A DNA stretch of 64,000 nucleotides, taken from the NCBI GenBank assembly GCA_016788785.1, contig JAEUSM010000013.1:56771-120770 (forward strand), read 5' to 3'. How positions within the stretch are numbered: the first letter of the stretch is position 1; the number at the start of each line of letters is the position of its first letter. Position numbers and translations under genes: made by a program. Positions 9,466-18,620 of the stretch are shown here, one piece after another. A model generated the notes under the pieces. The model was not told the origin of the DNA. It worked only from the letters and a program-made list of their open reading frames with translations, and ran no database searches. The DNA is from Candidatus Kapaibacterium sp. (GTDB taxonomy: Bacteria; Bacteroidota; Ignavibacteria; Kapaibacteriales; JAEUSM01).

Positions 9466-10149
9466 TTATTTGCTCATGATGGTTATTGGAATTAGAGACT
9501 TTTTGAGATAGGTTGAGCCAGAATACTGTAATTCAACAGTACCAATATAATTACCCTTAGATTTTGTTATTACTTCAATTTGCACTAAGGAAGTGTTATT
9601 TGCTTTGATGGTTTTTCCGCCAAAGAAATGAAGCTTTGCTTCACATCCATTGAGGGTAATAGATTCAGAGCTAATCGTAATGTCCTTGTTGCTTTCGTTC
9701 ACGAGCATTACCTCTGAAAATACCGTTGTACCACTATCAGCGATAATATACGGAAATTTTTCTGGTTCGACGATTATCTCCCGCATTACTATCCCTTGCA
9801 AATACATCGAGGCAGTAGATCGCATGGGATCATTGGAGACAAAATCCACCCTGCTTGCACGTTCACCAGTATATTTACTCACATCAAATTTCAATTCAAT
9901 TTGTACTGAATCTTGTGGTATAATGGTTTTATTCGTAAGAGGAACGAAGGTACATCCACACGATGCAGAAATATCCGATATCTCCAATTCTGCATTTCCA
10001 TTATTATAGACTGTAACTGGAACTATATGAACCGTCGGTGCAATTTTTCCCAAAAACAACACACTATCCACAGACAGATGTAATTTGGGTTGTGATACTA
10101 AACAACAGAATGTTGTGAGAAAAATTACTGTAAATATAACCGTTTTCAT
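9466..10149 (-). CDS. DUF1573-domain secreted protein
   Basis: It has a signal peptide ('MKTVIFTVIFLTTFCCLVSQ') and the hallmark DUF1573 motif 'ISASCGCT' that is common in Bacteroidota and Chlorobi. It is the first gene of the minus-strand secreted-protein operon. Confidence 0.7.
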   Translation of the reverse strand: MKTVIFTVIFLTTFCCLVSQPKLHLSVDSVLFLGKIAPTVHIVPVTVYNNGNAELEISDISASCGCTFVPLTNKTIIPQDSVQIELKFDVSKYTGERASRVDFVSNDPMRSTASMYLQGIVMREIIVEPEKFPYIIADSGTTVFSEVMLVNESNKDITISSESITLNGCEAKLHFFGGKTIKANNTSLVQIEVITKSKGNYIGTVELQYSGSTYLKKSLIPITIMSK

Positions 10150-10436
10150 TAGCGAAGCAAGAGTGTAAAAAGAATGATAAGTAGGTCTCTTTATTGGTAA
10201 GTGTCATTTTTTAGCAAAAAAGTGACATTTGAAGAAAAAATATTTCATTTTTCTGTATTTTGTTGAATATGTTGACCACACAAAACTATCAAAAATCAAT
10301 TCTATATCGTAATAACAATTGAAAAAAATAAAAATCCCAACTATTTTCAAATTTTGTTTGAAAGTGTGGGATTATGGGTTATGTTATTTTTGATATTTTT
10401 TCGATTTCGTGAAATTGGATTTTTTTTGATTCAGAA

Positions 10437-10610
10437 TGCCCCCTCACCCCAGCCCTCACCCTCGTAGGGGAGAGGGAGTTGATTTTTGGTGGAAAGTTGT
10501 TCTATAAATATGTGACCACTCCGTGTCAAGAGAAGCCACCCCGCCACACTTCGACTTCGCTCAGTGACCAGTGGCACCCCTCCTAATTTAGGAGGGGAGT
10601 TTGACCCCAC
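10437..10610. repeat. GC-rich mosaic hairpin array 2
   Basis: The span 10437-10488 'cccctcaccccagccctcaccctcgtaggggagagggag' matches module A-prime at 34726 and the reverse complement at 53146. The span 10535-10581 'gccaccccgccacacttcgacttcgctcagtgaccagtggcacccc' matches module D, with reverse-complement copies at 32882 and 34914 and a variant at 53246. The span 10575-10597 holds the perfect hairpin 'cccctcctaatttaggagggg'. Confidence 0.8.
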
Positions 10611-10627
10611 TAATTTGAATTTACTTC

Positions 10628-12994
10628 CTAAAACTCTACTCTTACTCCACCAATTGGGAATACGCCTAATTGGTATGCAGTAGAGACATTGTCGTTGCGA
10701 GGGCTATATAAACGGAATGATACATTTTGTGTGTTGAGCATATTTTCAACGGAAACAAAGCTGATGAGTGACCAACCGTTGAAATTTTGGCGGAAATCTA
10801 TTCGTCCGTCGAACCTTGAGAAATTTGGGTTGCGTTCGGTATTCACCAAATTGTTATTCAAACGTGTGGCATTGAAGGCACGAGATTGTTCCAAATCTAC
10901 TGGTGTATATGGTGCTCCACCAGCAACGGTGAATTTTCCGGAAAACTCGATAGAAAATGTTTCGTCAATTTTCCATTCATACCCTGCAAGTAAATTACCA
11001 ATAAATTGATTATCAAATGCTCCCCATCTCCAAACACCATCAGAGCCAGTAAATTCTTGGCGTACTATTGAACCAGTTGCAGTTATATAATACCCATCTG
11101 AGAAGTTTTTTTGGAATGTAAGTTCAGCACCATACGTACGACCTTTCCCACCATTGAAATAGGTGTCTTCTATTGCAATGGAACCGAATTGAGCACCTGC
11201 ATTTAAAAATGATACGCCATTAATTTGGTTTTTCATTACAGGAGCATTAGAATAGTCTTTATAATATCCTTCCACTTTAACAAGCATATCAGATGCTAAT
11301 TGAACAGAGTACCCAGTTACATAATGAATTGCTTGGGTAAAATCTAATTGAGCATTGTCTTGGGTGGCAAAATACATTTGCAACGATTGAGATTGACGAT
11401 ATATTCCCGTTCCAAAACTGAAGTTTTGTCCCTCAAATGGCGACCAATTAAGGGAAAAACGAGGTTCAACTGACCATTTTTTCGAAATATCCAGATACTG
11501 AGTATGAACACCTGTATTGATTCTCAAATTATCAGTGATTCGCCAATTCCAATTCACATAGTTCAGTGATTGAAAAGCGGTACCTTCATTGCCAATTTTC
11601 GAAATTGGTTGTGTCCCAATATAAAAGAATGGATAGGTAAAACGTTCAATCGCAATATCAAAATATCGGTAACGACCTTCGATTCCAGCTGAAAACACAT
11701 TCGAAGCGTCTGGTGCCCAAACGTATCGTAATTTTGCAGTATGGTATCCTTCAGTAGAGTTGTTTTTCAACCAAGGATCTATGGAAGTAACATTTTCTTT
11801 TGAAGTCGCGGTGATGGAATCCACTTGTACAAAATACTTGTTGTAAACCGTTCCAACAGTAAGAATAGCATACGAACGTTCTGTCAGAAGTCGTTGCCAA
11901 TTTACTGCAGTTACGAAAATATCTGTTCCATTGATGATATTTTGATCACCGGTGAAAACTGTGTCGACAGTTGTTTGATCGATATTGATATTACTTGTTC
12001 CATACAAAGTAGTAATGGAAATTTTATCGTCTTTTGAAGGAGCCAAATCAACCTTTGCAGAAAAATCTTGAAATTCTGGTACACCTGCCCAACCAAAATT
12101 AATGCCCATTGCTTTGAGTAATCCCAAATACGAGTATCGATAATTCGCCATAAACGAACCATTCAATGCTTTAAGAGGTCCTTCTATACCTAATTCAAGA
12201 CCATTAAAACCAAATTGACCAATGTATTCAAATTTTTCTTCGTTTCCTTTACGTGTTCTCAAATCGAACACACCAGAAAGTCTGTCTCCATATTCCGAAG
12301 GAAATGAGCCTGTTAAAAAGTCACTATTTGCTAACAAGTTAATGTTGATAGCAGAAATTGGTCCACCAGTTGCACCTTGTGTCGCAAAGTGATTTGGATT
12401 TGGAATATCCAAACCGTCTAATCTCCACAATAACTCCGTAGGTGAACCGCCACGAATGATGATATCATTACGCTGGTCAGAAGCACCCAAAACACCTGCA
12501 AAGTTTTGAGCCATACGAGCTGGATCTCCACGTGAACCTGCGAATCTATACGCATCATCAACCGTAAATACATTCGAACTAACTATAGCAGCTTCATTTA
12601 TTGCTTTGAATTGCGAACGAGCATCGTCTACGACAACTTCCTCAATTTTCACAATTTTTTCCAAAAGTTCTATACTGACGACCAATTCCTTGCCTGATGT
12701 TACAACAATTTGGGAAGAATATGGTTCAAACCCTACACCAGTCGCCATCAAAACATAGCGACCTGTAGGAACATTTTTGATGCGGAAATCACCATTGGCA
12801 GTACTAATAGCACCATTTTTTGTATCCACAATTCCGACACGAATACCTTTCAACGGTTGCTTAGTACTACTTGAAACCACAGTCCCTCGCACTATTTGTG
12901 TAGGAGTTTTTTCTTCTTGAGCAGAAGAAGTTTGGAAATCACAAAAAAAGAGCAATCCCAATAGAACAACAAGTAAAAAACGATACGTTTTCAT
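10628..12994 (-). CDS. TonB-dependent receptor with N-terminal carboxypeptidase-regulatory-like domain
   Basis: The 788-aa protein has a signal peptide followed by a CarbopepD_reg-like segment ('IVRGTVVSSSTKQPLKGIRVGIVDTKNGAISTANGDFRIKNVPTGRYVLMA'). A plug region and a long beta-barrel follow, ending in the aromatic C-terminus '...GGVRVEF'. Confidence 0.85.
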   Translation of the reverse strand: MKTYRFLLVVLLGLLFFCDFQTSSAQEEKTPTQIVRGTVVSSSTKQPLKGIRVGIVDTKNGAISTANGDFRIKNVPTGRYVLMATGVGFEPYSSQIVVTSGKELVVSIELLEKIVKIEEVVVDDARSQFKAINEAAIVSSNVFTVDDAYRFAGSRGDPARMAQNFAGVLGASDQRNDIIIRGGSPTELLWRLDGLDIPNPNHFATQGATGGPISAININLLANSDFLTGSFPSEYGDRLSGVFDLRTRKGNEEKFEYIGQFGFNGLELGIEGPLKALNGSFMANYRYSYLGLLKAMGINFGWAGVPEFQDFSAKVDLAPSKDDKISITTLYGTSNINIDQTTVDTVFTGDQNIINGTDIFVTAVNWQRLLTERSYAILTVGTVYNKYFVQVDSITATSKENVTSIDPWLKNNSTEGYHTAKLRYVWAPDASNVFSAGIEGRYRYFDIAIERFTYPFFYIGTQPISKIGNEGTAFQSLNYVNWNWRITDNLRINTGVHTQYLDISKKWSVEPRFSLNWSPFEGQNFSFGTGIYRQSQSLQMYFATQDNAQLDFTQAIHYVTGYSVQLASDMLVKVEGYYKDYSNAPVMKNQINGVSFLNAGAQFGSIAIEDTYFNGGKGRTYGAELTFQKNFSDGYYITATGSIVRQEFTGSDGVWRWGAFDNQFIGNLLAGYEWKIDETFSIEFSGKFTVAGGAPYTPVDLEQSRAFNATRLNNNLVNTERNPNFSRFDGRIDFRQNFNGWSLISFVSVENMLNTQNVSFRLYSPRNDNVSTAYQLGVFPIGGVRVEF

Positions 12995-13052
12995 AAAAAA
13001 TAAATGTTAATTAGAAATTGAACATTGTTCATTAATAAATCAAAAAAAACTG

Positions 13053-13655
13053 TTATTGCATTTGCAAAAACATTGCCTCCACTGCAGCAAGGCTATTGGA
13101 CACTTCAGCACCTTCATCACAAAACATTCGTTTCGATTGAATGAGTGTAACAATCCCATGGACAGTACCCCAGATATACAACGAAGCAGCATACACATCG
13201 GTTTTCGCCAAATATCCATCATCCATACATTGTTGCACACTGGATACCAAGGCTTGAAACGAAGCAGCACTCACAGGAATATCATTATCCTTTTCTACGT
13301 GCTTCATTGGAGATTTTAGTACAAACATAATCTCATACATTGCTGGATTTTCAAATGCAAATTCGATATATTCTCTGGCATGCTGTTTCATTCGTTCTAA
13401 CGAATCTTCAATGGTCGCAAGTTTTTGCTGACGATGATAAAACAATTCGAACCCTTGTTTGAACAGTGAGAAAAATATCTCGTCTTTATCTTTGAAATAA
13501 AGGTACAATGTACCAACACTGTATTCAATAGCATCTGCAATGGTACGCATCGACACGTTCTCGAAGCCTAATTGCACAAATAATTTGAGGGAAGTTTCCA
13601 AAATGAGTTTCCTCATTTCTTCCTTTTCACGCTCTCTTCTTTCTACGATACCCAT
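13053..13655 (-). CDS. TetR/AcrR-family transcriptional regulator
   Basis: The N-terminus carries a TetR HTH ('ETSLKLFVQLGFENVSMRTIADAIEYSVGTLYLYFKDKDEIF'), and the protein is 200 aa long. Confidence 0.85.
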   Translation of the reverse strand: MGIVERREREKEEMRKLILETSLKLFVQLGFENVSMRTIADAIEYSVGTLYLYFKDKDEIFFSLFKQGFELFYHRQQKLATIEDSLERMKQHAREYIEFAFENPAMYEIMFVLKSPMKHVEKDNDIPVSAASFQALVSSVQQCMDDGYLAKTDVYAASLYIWGTVHGIVTLIQSKRMFCDEGAEVSNSLAAVEAMFLQMQ

Positions 13656-13749
13656 TGAATACCACTCACTTACTAAACACTGTTTAGTGTATGAACGTAC
13701 ATTATTTTTGATTATTGTTGTAAGGTGAATTTTTTTTTAAAATTTAGAT

Positions 13750-13905
13750 TCCACCCTTGTGTAGCGGAGTCATCATCGCAAACCGTAGAGACGCAAAATT
13801 TTGCGTCTCTACAAAAAGTACATCCAATACTCTTCCAAAGGAGGAAATCAAAAAAAAACATCTCCCTCGCCCCTTTGGGGAGAGGGTCGGGGAGAGGGGT
13901 TTCTC
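13750..13905. repeat. GC-rich mosaic hairpin array 3
   Basis: The span 13785-13811 is the perfect palindrome 'tagagacgcaaaattttgcgtctcta' (module C). The span 13830-13850 reads 'ctcttccaaaggaggaaatc', and 13863-13900 is module A ('ccctcgcccctttggggagagggtcggggagaggggt'). The array lies between the TetR gene start and the 3' end of adenylate cyclase gene 2. Confidence 0.8.
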
Positions 13906-13924
13906 TGCATTAAAAGTATTTAAC

Positions 13925-15898
13925 TTACTTCCCTTTCTCCAACCAAAATGTGTTCATTGTTCCTTTTCCTTTAATGGAAATTTCTCCACGTGGAATGAGT
14001 GAAAATTCTTGGTGTGATTCGATGGATTTTGCGAATTGTTCACTGATGTGGATGCGACCGGCCTCTGAGTTTGATTCCATTCGTGAGGCTACATTTACTG
14101 CATCGCCCCATAGGTCATAGGTGTATTTGTTTTTGCCAATGATACCTGCAACGACTTCACCAGTGTGAATACCGATGCGAATTTCGATGTTGTTCATATT
14201 CTTTATCCATTCAGTAGCACCCAAATCTGATGGAATATTGACTACAAAATCTTTCATAGTTTCGAGAAGTTGCAGCGCAGCAAGTGCGGTTGCTTTTTGG
14301 TGTTCTTTGAGCGGAGTAGTCACATTCGCTACAGCCAAATACCCATCACCAATGGTTTTTATTTTTTCTAAACCAAAGGTTTCCACCACTTCATCTGCTT
14401 TTTGGAAAATTGCATCGAGTAAGAAGACAAGTTGTTTTGGTGGTGCAATGGATGCGAGTGTTGTAAACCCAACCAAATCCATAAAAAGTACAGAAGCAGT
14501 TTCAAAGTGGTCGGCAATAGGATTTTCACCCTTTACCAAACGATCTGTTACAGAATCAGGAAGTATATTTCGAAGGATACTTTCTCGCCCTAATAATTTT
14601 CCTCGTTCTTCAGCTATTTTAATTTCTTGTTCCGCTAATTTACGTTGGAGGTGAAAATTATCTGCTTGTTTTTTTGCTTCGATAGTTTGGATTTCTTTTT
14701 CTAAGGAAACGAATTTTTTGTGATATTCTAAAGATTCTTCAAATCTCATTTCATTTTGTCGTAACGTATGAATATGTTCATATGCATCTTTAATTATATC
14801 TTTTGCACCGATTTCTTCTGCAAGTAGTAGCGACTTTTGCAAATATTCTTCTGCTTTTTTTGTATCATAGTACGCTGATTCTTTTGTTGAGTATACACTT
14901 CCGATATTTCCGAGATTTTTTGCAATAGTATTTTTTCTCCCAATTACTTGGGAGATTTGTAAAGCTTTTGAGTAAAATTCCAAGGCTTGTGAGTCATCAG
15001 AAAGTTCCTTGTATACATTACCAATATTTCCAAGATTTGTAGCAATACCATCATTGTTTCTACTTTCTTCATTGATGTGTAAAGCTTTTGAATAATACTC
15101 TAACGCTTTGGGGTAGTCTGAAAGTTTTTTGTAAATAACTCCAATATTACCAAGGTTAGATGCAATACCATTTTTGTTTCCAATTTCTTTATTTATATGT
15201 AAAGTTTGATGAAAATACTCTAAGGCTTTTTGGTAATCAGAAAGATTTGCGTAAACAGTCCCAATATTACCAAGCGCATTTGCTTGAAATTGCTTATGTC
15301 CTATTTCTTCTGTGATTAATAATGCCTTTCCATAGAACTCTAATGCTTTCTGATAGTCAGAAAGTTCCTTGAAAACATTACCAATATTCACCAAATTTCC
15401 ACTAATTTCACCTTTATTTCCAATTTCTTCATTAATAAGTAGTGCTTTTGAATAAAACTCTAATGCATTTGGATATTCTGATAGATACCATTTAACACTC
15501 CCAATATTCCCAAAGTTTCTAGCAATTCCATTTTTGTTGCCAATTTCTTCAAAAATTTTTAACGCTTTTGAAAAATACTCTAAAGCTTTAGGGTAGTCTG
15601 AAAGAATCTGGTAAACTATACCAATATTCCCAAGATTATTTGCAATTTCACCTTTGTTTCCTCTTTTTTCATAGATGTGTAGTGATTTTTCATAATATTC
15701 TATTGCTTTGAAACAGTCTGAAAGATAACTGTATATAGCCCCAAGATAACTACAGACCTTTGCAAGTGAATTAGGGTCTTCTTGGATTGCTTTATTCTCT
15801 ATGAGTTCTTCAGCAAATGATTTTGCTTCTTGATTTTGTGATTTATTCACCAAATCTTTTAATTTTTCAATTGAGGCATTTATATCTTCGGGAGTCAT
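13925..15898 (-). CDS. TPR-repeat class III adenylate cyclase (paralogue 2)
   Basis: The 657-aa protein has about eight 40-aa TPR-like units ('NLGNIG.VY..LSDYPKALEYYSKAL.I.EEIGNK.GIA.'), then a coiled-coil and a cyclase catalytic domain ('VLFMDLVGFT', 'IKTIGDGYLAV', 'RIGIHTGEVVAGIIGKNKYTYDLWGDAVNVASRMES'). It is roughly 88% identical at the DNA level to 50935..52974 in the C-terminal half. Confidence 0.85.
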   Translation of the reverse strand: MTPEDINASIEKLKDLVNKSQNQEAKSFAEELIENKAIQEDPNSLAKVCSYLGAIYSYLSDCFKAIEYYEKSLHIYEKRGNKGEIANNLGNIGIVYQILSDYPKALEYFSKALKIFEEIGNKNGIARNFGNIGSVKWYLSEYPNALEFYSKALLINEEIGNKGEISGNLVNIGNVFKELSDYQKALEFYGKALLITEEIGHKQFQANALGNIGTVYANLSDYQKALEYFHQTLHINKEIGNKNGIASNLGNIGVIYKKLSDYPKALEYYSKALHINEESRNNDGIATNLGNIGNVYKELSDDSQALEFYSKALQISQVIGRKNTIAKNLGNIGSVYSTKESAYYDTKKAEEYLQKSLLLAEEIGAKDIIKDAYEHIHTLRQNEMRFEESLEYHKKFVSLEKEIQTIEAKKQADNFHLQRKLAEQEIKIAEERGKLLGRESILRNILPDSVTDRLVKGENPIADHFETASVLFMDLVGFTTLASIAPPKQLVFLLDAIFQKADEVVETFGLEKIKTIGDGYLAVANVTTPLKEHQKATALAALQLLETMKDFVVNIPSDLGATEWIKNMNNIEIRIGIHTGEVVAGIIGKNKYTYDLWGDAVNVASRMESNSEAGRIHISEQFAKSIESHQEFSLIPRGEISIKGKGTMNTFWLEKGK

Positions 15899-15929
15899 AG
15901 TTTTGTTGGAAGGTTGTATTGGTTTTTTG

Positions 15930-16245
15930 TCGTACGAATATACGAAAATAAGGGCATTCAGCCACTATCTAAAGATAGTGGAAATTCAAAACATTAGAAC
16001 ATGTACCCCCTCTCCCCGTACCCTCTCCCCAAAGGGGCGAGGGAGTTATCGTGTTTTTTGTAGTGACGCACAATTTGCATCTCTGAAGAAACCACCCCGA
16101 CCTTCGGTCACCCTTCCAAAGGAGGGGAATAGACCAACAACCCACAATTTCCAACATAGGGCTTACACTCTATGCAGTGATAGTACGCCCCTTCAGGGCT
16201 TGACCTCTCTGATTTTTGAGACGCCCATATAGGGCGTCTCTACGA
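15930..16245. repeat. GC-rich mosaic hairpin array 4, in the divergent intergenic region between adenylate cyclase 2 and nnr
   Basis: Module B 'gccactatctaaagatagtgg' is at 15961-15981 and module A (reverse complement) at 16005-16045. A degenerate module C is at 16058-16090, followed by 'ccttccaaaggaggggaa' and module G 'gccccttcagggcttgacc' at 16194-16214. The module C palindrome 'gagacgcccatatagggcgtctc' sits at 16217-16241. The first ~130 bp are collinear with array 7 (52950-53100). Confidence 0.8.
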
Positions 16246-16302
16246 TTGCATTGTTATGATTGAATATATGGAATAAATAATACCCATATTCTTTGTGCGT
16301 TT

Positions 16303-17841
16303 ATGAAGTTGAACCATTATGAGAATACTATGATACCAATTAGGTCAGTACAAGAATGCAAGGAATTTGAACAATTGATTATGGAGAAATACCATATTTC
16401 ATCGCTTATGTTGATGGAAATGGTAACAACAAATATAATCGATGAACATTTGCATTTTTTTGGGTGTACAACTATTTCAATTTTTTGTGGGACTGGGAAA
16501 AATGGTGGCGATGGGTTTTCTCTTGCTCGAAAACTCTCCAACAGATATACTGTAACAGTGTTTTGGTACGGTGACGAAAGCAAAATGACCCCAGAAACAG
16601 CCTATCAATATCAATGTACTTCTCAAATTGTAAAGGTGATTCACTTACAAACTCAAGAAGATTTGGAACGATATATTCACTCTGCTGATGTGGCAATAGA
16701 TTGTTTTATTGGGTTGCAATCGACGCACGAATTGCGAGGTTTTGTTGTGAATATTATACAGCATCTTCGTACCATTAATTTCCGATATCTCTTTGCTATT
16801 GATGTTCCAACTGGAGTGAATTCAACTACTGGAGATGCACACGAATTCGCCATTGAACCAACAGATGTATTAACTATAGGCAGTGTAAAACCGGGATTAG
16901 TTAGTGGAGAAGTTGGAAACACACTCCCATTTCCACAAGTTGTTACGCTAACTGATTTCAAAACATCTATCGAACAAAAAAGCAATAGATCAATGTTTGA
17001 ATTTGATGATGTACGCCAAATACTCCCGGATAGAAAATCGAATGTTTGGAAATTCGATATGGGTCATGCGGTTGTTGTTGCAGGTTCATCGTCGATGTTG
17101 GGTGCAGGTGTTTTTGTTGCGAATACCGCCATCAGCGTAGGTGCAGGACTCGTAACGTTGCTCACAACTTCACGACATCCAAGTATCAAACCGGAAGTTA
17201 TGGTGCATACTATAACTTCACAAGAGCATGGTAATATGACGATTCTGAGTTTTGACGAAATGAAGCCGTTTTTGGACAAAGCGACCGTCATTGCCATAGG
17301 ACCTGGTTTAGGCAATTCGTATGAATCTATCAAATTAACGGAACGTATTATCGAAGAATATCATACCAAAGTGCCAATTGTTGTTGATGCAGATGGCCTT
17401 TTGGCAATTGATACAGAGAAAGTATATAGTTCTAATGTTGTTTTGACGCCTCATTTAGGGGAATTCAAACGACTTGCTTCTATTGATTTTGATATTGCAA
17501 AAAAAGAATACATTGATAGAACTTCTTCTTTAGCGTCTACAATGAATTGTATCATTCATACCAAATCTGCTCCATCGATTACCAGCAATGGCATTGAAGA
17601 ATTTTGGTTACCGGCAGATGCACCGAGTTTGGCAACTGCAGGAAGTGGCGATGTATTAACAGGAATTATTACTGGGATGATAGCACAAGGAGTAGATACA
17701 TTTCGTGCTACAGGTTTGGGAGCATTTCTCCATCGAGAAGCTGCAAAACGATTTGAGAAATCAAATGCAGAAGAACTATTAACTGCGTCAAAACTGATTG
17801 ACTATATCGATTTTAAACCACACGATGATAACTGGCACTAA
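16303..17841 (+). CDS. nnr: bifunctional NAD(P)H-hydrate repair enzyme (epimerase + ADP-dependent dehydratase)
   Basis: The N-terminal YjeF-N epimerase domain and C-terminal carbohydrate-kinase-like dehydratase domain are both present. The motifs 'VVVAGSSSMLGAGVFVANTAISVGAGLVTLLT', 'TPHLGEFKRL' and 'AGSGDVLTGIITGM' support the call, as does the length of about 510 aa. Confidence 0.85.
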   Translation: MKLNHYENTMIPIRSVQECKEFEQLIMEKYHISSLMLMEMVTTNIIDEHLHFFGCTTISIFCGTGKNGGDGFSLARKLSNRYTVTVFWYGDESKMTPETAYQYQCTSQIVKVIHLQTQEDLERYIHSADVAIDCFIGLQSTHELRGFVVNIIQHLRTINFRYLFAIDVPTGVNSTTGDAHEFAIEPTDVLTIGSVKPGLVSGEVGNTLPFPQVVTLTDFKTSIEQKSNRSMFEFDDVRQILPDRKSNVWKFDMGHAVVVAGSSSMLGAGVFVANTAISVGAGLVTLLTTSRHPSIKPEVMVHTITSQEHGNMTILSFDEMKPFLDKATVIAIGPGLGNSYESIKLTERIIEEYHTKVPIVVDADGLLAIDTEKVYSSNVVLTPHLGEFKRLASIDFDIAKKEYIDRTSSLASTMNCIIHTKSAPSITSNGIEEFWLPADAPSLATAGSGDVLTGIITGMIAQGVDTFRATGLGAFLHREAAKRFEKSNAEELLTASKLIDYIDFKPHDDNWH

Positions 17842-18614
17842 TCATCTTCGAATGGGTCAGACTCTGAGGGTTGTTCAATAGCTTCATCGTCAATTTCTCT
17901 GCGAAATCGGGTATAGAATAATGCATAGACTTGTCTGATACCACTGAGAAAAATGTACAGCAATAGTACCGGAAATATGTATTCACCTTTACTGACGACA
18001 ATCACCACAAAGGAAAGAGTGAAAAAGAGAAAGAAAAATGGGCGTAATTTGAAATCTTTTCGTGTTGGTTTTGGTATATGATCAAAACGAATCGTTGAAA
18101 CCATTGCTAAAGAGGTGAGAATAGAAACTCCAATAGCAGTATGCAACCTAAATTCAGTTGGAATGATTGCATTATTTCCATAGAAAACGATATAGGAACA
18201 AATAGTCAATGCACCTGCAGGAATTGGCATACCACGAAAATACACCTTATCCTCAAATCCGGATACTTGTATGTTGAATCTTGCTAAACGATACACACCT
18301 GCCAAAGCAGGAAATGATGCTAATAACACTCCCCAATCTCCCATTTGGTGGAGAATAGACATATAGAGCATAAAAGATGGAGCAACTCCAAAGGACACTG
18401 CATCACACAACGAATCTAACTCAACTCCAAGTTCGGAAGTGGAATTTATCAACCGAGCAACCATTCCGTCAAGCATATCAAAAATAGCTGCAAGAACTAT
18501 GAAGAGACCTGCTTCGTAAAAATTGTGATGTGTTGACTGAATAAGTGAAGCAAATCCGCAAAAAAGATTTGCTAATGTCAACAAGTTTGGAATAATCGAG
18601 CGTGTTACTATCAT
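17838..18614 (-). CDS. pssA: CDP-diacylglycerol--serine O-phosphatidyltransferase (CDP-alcohol phosphatidyltransferase family)
   Basis: The N-terminus 'IIPNLLTLANLFCGFASLI' and the CDP-OH phosphatidyltransferase motif 'DMLDGMVARLINSTSELGVELDSLCDAVSFGVAP' closely parallel Bacillus-type PssA. Confidence 0.7.
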   Translation of the reverse strand: MIVTRSIIPNLLTLANLFCGFASLIQSTHHNFYEAGLFIVLAAIFDMLDGMVARLINSTSELGVELDSLCDAVSFGVAPSFMLYMSILHQMGDWGVLLASFPALAGVYRLARFNIQVSGFEDKVYFRGMPIPAGALTICSYIVFYGNNAIIPTEFRLHTAIGVSILTSLAMVSTIRFDHIPKPTRKDFKLRPFFFLFFTLSFVVIVVSKGEYIFPVLLLYIFLSGIRQVYALFYTRFRREIDDEAIEQPSESDPFEDD

Positions 18615-18620
18615 TCTATC

